From Candidatus Ratteibacteria bacterium (GTDB taxonomy: Bacteria > Ratteibacteria > UBA8468 > MWAK01), in NCBI GenBank assembly GCA_041653615.1, contig JBAZEZ010000003.1, positions 1,213-65,212 of the forward strand: a stretch of 64,000 bases of DNA, read 5' to 3'. Below, piece by piece: positions 57,365-64,000 of the stretch; within the stretch, counting starts at the first letter, position 1, and each line of letters opens with the position of its first letter. A program made the position numbers and the translations under genes. The notes under the pieces were generated by a model that was not told where the DNA came from, made no database searches, and saw only the letters and a list, made by a program, of their open reading frames with translations.

Positions 57365-58618
57365 TTATTGTAATATTCTGATTACCTGTTCCAACCGTTC
57401 TTTTAAGCGAACGGCATCTTTATCGGTCGGATCCAGTTTCAGGATTCCATCAGTTGTTTCCATTGCTTTTTCGTACTGGCCGGCGTTAATGTAGGCGCTT
57501 GCCTGATTTTTGAGTTCACTGATTCGTTTTTCTTGGTCAAAGACTGGTTTAGGCGCGGGTGGCGGAATCACCACTTTCGGTTTCGGAGTTTTCACCGCTG
57601 CCGGTTCTTCCGAAACTTCTTTGGCTTTTATTTTTACCTCAGAATTTTCCTGCGCGGCAATGGTAATCGGTTCGGCTTTGGTGTAGATAAAGTTAATGGT
57701 GGCGGCGCCATTTTGAAAACTGAAGGCCGGAATAAATTCCGGCTTAATCAATCCGGTTCCGGATGTTTTTATGAATACCCCTTTTCCTTCTTTATCGTAA
57801 TAAACACAGACATTATCATAGGCGTCTTTAGCCGTAATTTCCGTCTGGAAAGCCCGCCCGGCAGTAATTTCGGAAGGATAGGCGATGCTAAAATGATGAA
57901 TAAATCCGGGTTTTATTCCCATGGTTCCCGTTCCGGAGATTTTACCTGCCTCATTTTTGAAAACAAGGGTTGCTTTGCCGGTTTTGGTGCATGTCAATTT
58001 GATTGCCGCTATTCCCTCGGTAAAATTAGTCTGGTTAAGATAATTCGGGCTGACCGTACTTTCTCCGTTGTTTGTAATTCTGATGCTGCCCTGTTCGGTA
58101 CCAAACGAGGTTACGCAATTTCCGTTGGCGTCCCTGGCGATTATTTCCCCGGTAAAAGGTTCGCCGGCTCTTGACTGGGCCGGAAGCATGATTTCAAAAT
58201 AAGCGGCTTTGCCGGGAAACGCCTGAAGAATTGCCGATCCAAGGGCCGCGGAGCCTTTTTCCTTTACGATAATTTTAAAGATTTCAGCCCGGGAGTAGGA
58301 GCAGGTAACGACCGTTTTTCCTTCTTTAAAATCATCCGATTTAATAATTCCCGGTTTGAATTCTCCGGTGCCGATAGCCTTGATTTCAATTTCTTTTTCC
58401 TTTTGGTCATATCCGGCTATCATGTTGTCGTAGAAATCTCTGACCTCCAGTTCAATGGTAAAAGGTTCGCCGGCTTTGATTCCGGAGGGCGCGTTAATGA
58501 TAAAATGGTCGGTTTCGCCCGGTGATACTGTAATGGCAGCCGAAACCCGGTCGGCGGTTCCCGTAAAGATAAATAACGACAGAATTATTAGGAATGATTT
58601 TTTCATTATTTTTTTCAT
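57365..58618 (-). CDS. secreted protein with three about-110-aa Ig-like repeats, a Pro-rich linker and a short TPR-like tail; embedded between pilP and pilQ
   Basis: 417 aa; signal peptide; repeated ...AGEPFT...DAYDN... blocks; PKPKVVIPPPAPKP linker. Confidence 0.5.
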   Translation of the reverse strand: MKKIMKKSFLIILSLFIFTGTADRVSAAITVSPGETDHFIINAPSGIKAGEPFTIELEVRDFYDNMIAGYDQKEKEIEIKAIGTGEFKPGIIKSDDFKEGKTVVTCSYSRAEIFKIIVKEKGSAALGSAILQAFPGKAAYFEIMLPAQSRAGEPFTGEIIARDANGNCVTSFGTEQGSIRITNNGESTVSPNYLNQTNFTEGIAAIKLTCTKTGKATLVFKNEAGKISGTGTMGIKPGFIHHFSIAYPSEITAGRAFQTEITAKDAYDNVCVYYDKEGKGVFIKTSGTGLIKPEFIPAFSFQNGAATINFIYTKAEPITIAAQENSEVKIKAKEVSEEPAAVKTPKPKVVIPPPAPKPVFDQEKRISELKNQASAYINAGQYEKAMETTDGILKLDPTDKDAVRLKERLEQVIRILQ

Positions 58619-58643
58619 TTTAAGTCTCCCTTGTCTGTCTTAA

Positions 58644-59102
58644 TTAGTTTCCAAACCGAAGAATTTCTTCATCCGTTCCTCTTTTCAGTATGACCCGATT
58701 TTTTTCAATAGCCACAATTTTTTTGTCGTTCACGATATCTCCGACCCGAAGGATTTTTTCATTGATAATCGCTGTTGCTTTTCCGCCGTTCCCCAAAAGT
58801 ATGCCGGTAAGGGAGGAGGGCGCTAATTCACCTTTAAGTATTAATTGAAATGGGCCTGTTCCGGCAGAAGTGAATGCCGGACGCATCGGGTCTTTTTGGG
58901 TTGTGTGGTAATATATCGGCATCCCCGCCTGTTTGGATTTTTCCAGCAGGTCTGCTGTTTCTTTCCAAAAGTTTTCTTCGCCAATTACTTCGGTTTCATT
59001 CTTTACCGGGTTTGGTTTTTTCCCGGTCAGATGGAGGCTGAAGAATAGGAATCCCAGGGAAAAGAGCATTAGAACCGCGAGAACTATCGGTTTTTTATTC
59101 AT
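58644..59102 (-). CDS. pilP: type IV pilus assembly protein PilP-like
   Basis: 152 aa; signal/lipoprotein-like N-terminus; C-terminal beta domain ...AIINEKILRVGDIVNDKKIVAIEKNRVIL typical of PilP. Confidence 0.6.
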   Translation of the reverse strand: MNKKPIVLAVLMLFSLGFLFFSLHLTGKKPNPVKNETEVIGEENFWKETADLLEKSKQAGMPIYYHTTQKDPMRPAFTSAGTGPFQLILKGELAPSSLTGILLGNGGKATAIINEKILRVGDIVNDKKIVAIEKNRVILKRGTDEEILRFGN

Positions 59103-59605
59103 TTGGTATAGGTGACGACTTCAATTTCTCCCCGGTGCAGGTTTTCCGTATTCTCCAGGGTTAACCGGTCTATTCGGAAAAGGGCCTGGTCTGATTCCAG
59201 GAGATGGATAAAATTTACAATCTGCCGGTAATTTCCCGTGAAAACAATTTTAAAGGAGATTTCGCCGGTCGTTTTGGCGATATCGGTTCGAGGGGTAGGG
59301 GCAACCGATGAAACCCGGACGCTTGCTTTTTTAGCCAAACCCAACAGGCGGGTTAGAATGGATTTTTCCGGGATAAACAGCCGGTTTTTAAGAATAGCCC
59401 CGGTCTCTTTTAGGCTATTTCGGGAAGCGGCAATTTCTTCTTCCTGCTGCGTCACAGATGATTTTAAGGTGTCGGAATTTAATTTTACTTTAAGTTCTTT
59501 TATCTTGCGGTTCTGGGGAAAAATAAGAACCATAAAAAGAGAAACCATTAATGCCAGATAAGTTACGCCGGCTATCAGAAACCACCTTAAAGGAATTCTC
59601 TTCAT
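59099..59605 (-). CDS. pilO: type IV pilus assembly protein PilO-like
   Basis: 168 aa; single N-terminal TM, coiled coil, ferredoxin-like C-terminus; position between pilN and pilP. Confidence 0.6.
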   Translation of the reverse strand: MKRIPLRWFLIAGVTYLALMVSLFMVLIFPQNRKIKELKVKLNSDTLKSSVTQQEEEIAASRNSLKETGAILKNRLFIPEKSILTRLLGLAKKASVRVSSVAPTPRTDIAKTTGEISFKIVFTGNYRQIVNFIHLLESDQALFRIDRLTLENTENLHRGEIEVVTYTK

Positions 59606-60150
59606 TTTTTTGTTCCAACGATTCTGAAATTAAAGGTTCCCGCTTCTTCTCCTATCTGCTCGAATTTCAGGTCATTCAATCCCCGGGTAAAATTTTCATT
59701 TCCGTTTAACTTTTCCAAAAAGACCGACAGAGAAGTCATCGTTTGGTTTCCAGACAGTTCCTGCCCCTCCAGGGAGACAATGTCCCCTTCGAAATTTATC
59801 TTGTTAAAATAAAAATGGTTTGGTGTGGCGTCAGAGAGTACGACCAATTTTGGCGTCAGGAGCAGGCGTTGTTCTTGGAATAGCACGATTTTTTTCAATT
59901 CTTCCTGCCGGGATTTTTCCTCATCGGTGGGGGAGAATGTCTCGCGTTGTTCTTTGGTCAGGGTCAACCCCTGTTTTTCTACTCGCGCGGTATAATCGGT
60001 AATAATGGTCTTATTGGTTGCGCGAATGATACTTAAAATTGCCAAGGAAAAGAACAGTATGGGCAGAAAAATGCCGATAAAGAAAAAAAGACGTTCTTTT
60101 CTTTCAATCGGTTCGGTGTATCTTTCTTTGATTAAATTAATTTCAACCAT
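59602..60150 (-). CDS. pilN: type IV pilus assembly protein PilN
   Basis: 182 aa; MVEINLIKER start (PilN INLLP-type), single TM. Confidence 0.65.
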   Translation of the reverse strand: MVEINLIKERYTEPIERKERLFFFIGIFLPILFFSLAILSIIRATNKTIITDYTARVEKQGLTLTKEQRETFSPTDEEKSRQEELKKIVLFQEQRLLLTPKLVVLSDATPNHFYFNKINFEGDIVSLEGQELSGNQTMTSLSVFLEKLNGNENFTRGLNDLKFEQIGEEAGTFNFRIVGTKK

Positions 60151-60164
60151 AATTTCTTTTAATT

Positions 60165-60295
60165 GTAGTCGCCCGGCTTGCCGGGCTCCGTTTTTTTCTT
60201 GTAGGGGAGGGGCTTTGTCCCCTCCCGCAGTAGGACAGGCGTCCCGCCTGTCAAATCGCGGGCGGGGATGTAACCCCGCCCCTACATTAAAATTT
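60165..60295. repeat. multi-hairpin intergenic repeat, copy C, in the pilM-pilN spacer
   Basis: GCCCGGCTTGCCGGGC + TGTAGGGGAGGGGCTTTGTCCCCTCCCG + GGCGGGGATGTAACCCCGCCCCTACATTAA; about 90% identical to copy B over the latter modules. Confidence 0.7.
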
Positions 60296-61824
60296 TAAGA
60301 ATTTACACCGTTCCTCGGAGAAAGTCCGGCCAGAATGGCAAGGAAAGGAGCCAGGTTTTTTCCCCGTTCCGTTTGCAGTCCGTCGTCTTTTAAAACTGGA
60401 TATGGTTCCAGTTCCAGTAGTATTCTTTCGCCGATAAATTTCGGCAAGGAAGGAATCTGTCCGCCGCCGCCGGTTACCACCAATTTTTTAACCTTTATTT
60501 CCAAAACCTGCTGGCAATAGCTGATTGTTTTTTCCAATTCATCCAACAGGGTTTTTGTGGTTTTGTCAATGGCGTCCGGGAAGGCAATCAGGGAATGTTT
60601 TTTTTCTTCCAACATCTCCAGGACGGTTGGGGCGTCGAAGTTGTTGGCAGACACTATTTCCGCGATTATCCTTTCGTTGCCCCAGAGTATATCCCGGACA
60701 AAAAGAAGTTTGTTTTTTTCAACTACGGCCAGGTTGCTTCTCCGGTGTCCGATGTTAAGAAGCAGCGTTGCTTCGGAACCGTTTCCGGTGTTGGCCAGGT
60801 ATCCGTTTGCCAGCGCAATGCTGTCAATGGTTAATCCGGTCGGATTGAGCCCTGTTGATTTAAGTAAAGAAATTCTTTCGTCGCTTAAAATTTGCGGGGC
60901 GGCGACAAAAAGAATTCCCCTCTTTTCATTTTTTTGGTCGATAAGAGAGAAATCGGAATCCATCAGGGAAAGGTCTTCTCCGAGAATCTGCGATGCTTCA
61001 ATCTTAATCGCCCCGGTCAATTCTTTGCCGGTCAGGGCAGGGAGGGAGAGGTATTGCACGTTTATTTCCGAGTTGGAAATAGAAGAGAAAACCGGTTTTC
61101 TCTCCAGGTGGTGCTTGGATACCCAACCGGAAAGCAGGGTGGCTGTTTCGTTGTTTTCAACCGGCCGCCGGGCAAATTCAATCGCTTTCAGTTTTCCATC
61201 GCCATTGATAACCGCGAGTTTTACGTATCGGCTGCCGATATCTACGGCTACCGTAGTCTGTCCGCCGAATTTTTTCTGGGACGGGGTGGTCATTTTCAAG
61301 GATTTATTTTGCTTTATCTCCTCTTTTTTTACTATTGCCTGCTGCCGCAGTTCTTCCCGTTCCCGAAGCAGGGTTTCTTTTTTAGCCAGGGCTGCCTGAC
61401 GCGCCGCCTCTTTCTGTTTTTGTAATTCTTCTTTTGTTTTGATTGCAGCTGCTTTGCGTTCTTCGGTTTCTTTTAACCTGCCCGCCGCAATTTCTTCCTT
61501 GTTCCGCCTTTCTTCGGTGGATTGTTTTTGCTTAAATTCCAGTTCCCGCTGTTTTGCCGCTTCTTTTTCCCGGAATTGCGCTTCGGTTTTTACTATTGCC
61601 TGCTGCCGCAGTTCTTCCCGTTCTCGAAGCAGGGTTTCTTTTTTAGCCAGGGCTGCCTGACGCGCCGCCTCTTTCTGTTTCCGCAGTTCTTCCTTTGCTC
61701 TAACTCTAACATCCATTGCTTCCGCCGCGGCTTTATTTTTTTTGAGCCGGAGTATCTCCAGAAATTTTATTTTGTTTTCTTTTTGGTCAGAGTTCATCAT
61801 CTTTTCCAGCTCGGTTTGGTCCAA
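60295..61824 (-). CDS. pilM: type IV pilus assembly ATPase-fold protein PilM with an about-200-aa Lys/Glu-rich coiled-coil N-terminal extension
   Basis: 509 aa; C-terminal actin/FtsA-like fold (VAVDIGSRYVKLAVI...); N-terminus contains two copies of KEELRKQKEAARQAALAKKETLLREREELRQQAIVK, encoded by an about-100-bp DNA tandem repeat at 61324-61425 and 61587-61688. Confidence 0.7.
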   Translation of the reverse strand: MDQTELEKMMNSDQKENKIKFLEILRLKKNKAAAEAMDVRVRAKEELRKQKEAARQAALAKKETLLREREELRQQAIVKTEAQFREKEAAKQRELEFKQKQSTEERRNKEEIAAGRLKETEERKAAAIKTKEELQKQKEAARQAALAKKETLLREREELRQQAIVKKEEIKQNKSLKMTTPSQKKFGGQTTVAVDIGSRYVKLAVINGDGKLKAIEFARRPVENNETATLLSGWVSKHHLERKPVFSSISNSEINVQYLSLPALTGKELTGAIKIEASQILGEDLSLMDSDFSLIDQKNEKRGILFVAAPQILSDERISLLKSTGLNPTGLTIDSIALANGYLANTGNGSEATLLLNIGHRRSNLAVVEKNKLLFVRDILWGNERIIAEIVSANNFDAPTVLEMLEEKKHSLIAFPDAIDKTTKTLLDELEKTISYCQQVLEIKVKKLVVTGGGGQIPSLPKFIGERILLELEPYPVLKDDGLQTERGKNLAPFLAILAGLSPRNGVNS

Positions 61825-63005
61825 CTGAAAAAAGTAATTCCACCACCACCGCCCGAATCACCGGGAGGCGGTACTTCCCCCAAGGAAACGTCATCGTATA
61901 ACCTTACGTTTCCCGTGAGGTTCACCTGGTTGGCGATGACTCCGCCCCGCAATTCCGAACTGCCGCTAATGGTAACTGTGGAACCGGGCGCGTAAATGGC
62001 GGCGTTAATTCGGCAGTTGCCGGTTAGGCTCACCGCCGGGCTGCCGGTAACGTATATCGCGATGTTGGCCGGACTGTCGTTATAATTCAACTGGGCACTG
62101 TTGGAAAAGGTAACCGCTCCGCCGCCGCCCATATATATCGCAAGGTTTGCTCCCGAACCCAAAATAATGCCGTTGCTGTTGTTTGTTATGGATAACGCGT
62201 TCTCTATGTATAAACGGACGGTCCCGGATATGGTGAGTTCGGCGTCCGAAGCGATTGAAAGGGATTTGAGGTGATAATCACCCGCCGTTATGCCGGCGTC
62301 CCTGGGCCAGGAACTCATCGTGTAGTTACCGCCGCTTACCTTAAAGTTTCCGGTCAGTCCCGGGGTGGTTTGGGTAATACGGGGTAAGCTGGTCAGGCTG
62401 GTGGGGATGGTTACCGGGTCGGGTGTGCGCAGGGCTGCGTTTGTATCCTGGTCCCCGGTTATGGCGTTTGGACTCCACGAAGGGTAAGTTATGCTGCCGG
62501 TGGACGGAACGGCCGCGTCGCCGTGTATTATGCCGGTTGAGTTTATGTAAATACTTGAATTGCTGCCGGTGGAAGCATCGGCGGCAGCTCCGGTTCGGGA
62601 ATCATATCCGTAAATCTGGGAACTTCCGTAAATGGAAATCTGTGAGGCGCCGAACAGGCCCTGGCTGAAATAACCTCCACCGCTGCCTTTGGTAAGGTTC
62701 ACAACAATGGTTTCATCCTTAACTCCGTTTACCTTACCGGTTGAAGTATTCGTAATCGTATTTCCGTTTATTGTTTGAGTTAGTTCGAAAGAACCCGCTC
62801 CCAGGTTTACGGTCATGGGGTTGGGGTTAGGCATCCAGGAACTGCTTTGTTTTAATTGGTAACGCGCATAGTCAATACCGGCTTCCGCCAGGTAGAATGC
62901 CTGTTCCCGGTGTAACCGTTTGTTGGCCTCAATCCGGTCCATGGAACCGATTACCATAATTCCGGCTCCGACAATCATCGCGATAATCATATAAATAATG
63001 ACCAT
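61797..63005 (-). CDS. PilX-like pilus-associated protein with N-terminal TM and Thr/Ser/Gly/Asn-rich beta-helix-like body
   Basis: probable start at Met ...MVIIYMIIAMIVGAGIMVIGS (the track ORF extends to 63140 through the intergenic palindromic repeat); PilX_N-like hydrophobic segment then repetitive beta-rich region. Confidence 0.5.
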   Translation of the reverse strand: MVIIYMIIAMIVGAGIMVIGSMDRIEANKRLHREQAFYLAEAGIDYARYQLKQSSSWMPNPNPMTVNLGAGSFELTQTINGNTITNTSTGKVNGVKDETIVVNLTKGSGGGYFSQGLFGASQISIYGSSQIYGYDSRTGAAADASTGSNSSIYINSTGIIHGDAAVPSTGSITYPSWSPNAITGDQDTNAALRTPDPVTIPTSLTSLPRITQTTPGLTGNFKVSGGNYTMSSWPRDAGITAGDYHLKSLSIASDAELTISGTVRLYIENALSITNNSNGIILGSGANLAIYMGGGGAVTFSNSAQLNYNDSPANIAIYVTGSPAVSLTGNCRINAAIYAPGSTVTISGSSELRGGVIANQVNLTGNVRLYDDVSLGEVPPPGDSGGGGGITFFSWTKPSWKR

Positions 63006-63039
63006 CGGCAGCAGGTAACCGTTCTTACTCCTGATTTTT

Positions 63040-63130
63040 GTTATTCCCGCATGTGGTAAGCGGGAATCCAAATGCATTAGGTGTAAATTCCCGTCTAAAA
63101 TATAAGGGAGTGACGGAATTTTATTATTCG
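63040..63130. repeat. paired palindromes ATTCCCGCATGTGGTAAGCGGGAAT and AAATTCCCGTC...GACGGAATTT
   Basis: core shared with 27880-27960. Confidence 0.5.
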
Positions 63131-63136
63131 TATTCA

Positions 63137-63655
63137 TCACGGTTTATTTCTCAGGTAAACCAGGAAATTATTAGACAATCTTCTTTCAGTCGGTGTTCCT
63201 TCACTTTTTACGACGGTCAGGTCAACCCGGACGCTGCGTTTGTCAGGAAGACTGTTTTTGAAAGTAATGGATTGCAAGGTGTTTATAATCGGTGCCGGGT
63301 CCGGGGATTCGCCGAAGTTTTTGTAAATCAACCCATTGCCCGAAGCCTGCCGGTAGAATTCTTTAGACCAGTCATTTTTATAACCGGTCCGAATCCGATT
63401 TCCGCTGTTAGGACCGGGATAGGAAATGGTATCGTAGTCTGCTTCATCCAGTACCCCTTTTATCTGGTAACTTGCCGTATCAAGGTCTCTTTGTAAATCC
63501 GCTATCTCCTTGCCGGTTTTAAAATCTTTAAATGAGGCAACAATCAGGGTTTCGATGCCGAAGAGCGCTATCGCACTTAGGCTAATGGCGATGATTACTT
63601 CAACCAGCGTAAATCCGCCTGCGCTAAAGCTTCGGCGGATGAATCCCTTTTTCAT
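63137..63655 (-). CDS. type IV pilus minor pilin (PilW-like) with prepilin N-terminal methylation motif
   Basis: 172 aa; GFTLVEVIIAISL leader/hydrophobic helix. Confidence 0.65.
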   Translation of the reverse strand: MKKGFIRRSFSAGGFTLVEVIIAISLSAIALFGIETLIVASFKDFKTGKEIADLQRDLDTASYQIKGVLDEADYDTISYPGPNSGNRIRTGYKNDWSKEFYRQASGNGLIYKNFGESPDPAPIINTLQSITFKNSLPDKRSVRVDLTVVKSEGTPTERRLSNNFLVYLRNKP

Positions 63656-64000
63656 AATTTTTCCGAGATGTACGTTGTTAGGGAAACGGGTGGAGTTGCT
63701 TCACCCCAGTTCACGGAAACCGTATATGCTCGTATAAAATTTCCGGTCGGATCTTCGGTAATGGTGTTCGAGGTTGTTGTTCGCGTAAAAGTTTTTCCTT
63801 TATATTGCCAAGTAGGGTCGAATGTGATGGTGGGGGGGTAATCCATGCTCTTTAACTGCTCTATTTTATAAATGGCGGTCCAGTTCGCCAGACGCTGGCA
63901 GTCGGCATAAGAAAGATTATTGCGATTGAGGGAAAAAAAGGCTACTCCGCCAAGCAGGGATATGACCAGTATGATTGTGGCGATAATTACTTCAACTATC
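63652..64000 (-). CDS. minor pilin (PilV-like), 3' portion; N-terminus beyond window end
   Basis: reverse strand reads ...EVIIATIILVISLLGG... pilin-type hydrophobic helix at the window edge, continuing into the 63652-63846 ORF. Confidence 0.5.
   Translation of the reverse strand, partial: IVEVIIATIILVISLLGGVAFFSLNRNNLSYADCQRLANWTAIYKIEQLKSMDYPPTITFDPTWQYKGKTFTRTTTSNTITEDPTGNFIRAYTVSVNWGEATPPVSLTTYISEKL

Noticed and set aside
63006-63140. N-terminal 45 codons of the 447-aa track ORF (61797-63140)
   Set aside because: This segment is the palindromic ATTCCCGC repeat region. The hydrophobic pilin-like helix starts at the internal Met near 63005, so the upstream part is probably noncoding.
1-64000. 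Prophage, integrase, transposase, toxin-antitoxin or restriction-modification genes
   Set aside because: None of the ORFs showed recognisable integrase/transposase catalytic motifs or defence-system hallmarks. The mobile signatures here are non-autonomous repeats only.

Overview
Bacterial chromosomal segment of roughly 50% GC. The first 14.3 kb is the conserved S10-spc-alpha ribosomal-protein supercluster. It runs rplC (partial), rplD, rplW, rplB, rpsS, rplV, rpsC, rplP, rpmC, rpsQ, rplN, rplX, rplE, rpsZ, rpsH, rplF, rplR, rpsE, rplO, secY, adk, map, infA, rpmJ, rpsM, rpsK, rpsD, rpoA, rplQ. It shows lineage-specific quirks: no rpmD (L30), a Zn-ribbon tail on L24, the Zn-binding type-Z S14, and an RpoA that appears to lack the alpha-CTD. 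Downstream come housekeeping and accessory genes. These include a UDP-sugar pyrophosphorylase, an ExbB-ExbD-TonB-like trio, lysS, a 1463-aa pseudo-M28 peptidase/FtsX-permease fusion coupled to a 652-aa polytopic membrane protein, and birA. Next is a prepilin-leader DUF1559 (H-X9-DG-like) protein typical of the PVC superphylum, then nadB, trpEG and dnaJ. A redox/arsenic cluster follows (DUF318 permease, ArsR, small redox-active disulfide protein, thioredoxin-like protein, CcdA, ACR3), then an FNT channel, a PLD-family lipoprotein, bioY, tRNA-Ser(GGA) with a duplicated 3' end, and csp plus a DEAD-box helicase. The window then has a 1157-aa secreted TPR-repeat protein containing a perfect internal 479-bp duplication. 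A translationally coupled, synthase-dependent exopolysaccharide-like locus follows: membrane protein, GT2 synthase, bactofilin-like TM protein, 887-aa deacetylase-like protein, and a TPR/beta-barrel outer-membrane candidate. After rimO, which carries an in-frame 201-bp palindromic-element insertion, the window ends with a type IV pilus assembly locus on the minus strand: minor pilins, then pilM (with a coiled-coil N-terminal extension), pilN, pilO, pilP, an Ig-repeat protein, and the pilQ secretin. The window is littered with small palindromic or MITE-like repeat families. Three elements are bounded by GGACGCAGAT/ATCTGCGTCC inverted repeats. A separate multi-hairpin intergenic family (TGTAGGGG...CCCCTACA) also recurs. 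A CTCCCC/GGGGAG palindromic element has TIRs and one coding insertion, and paired ATTCCCGC/GCGGGAAT palindromes occur twice. No CRISPR array, integrase or transposase gene was found.
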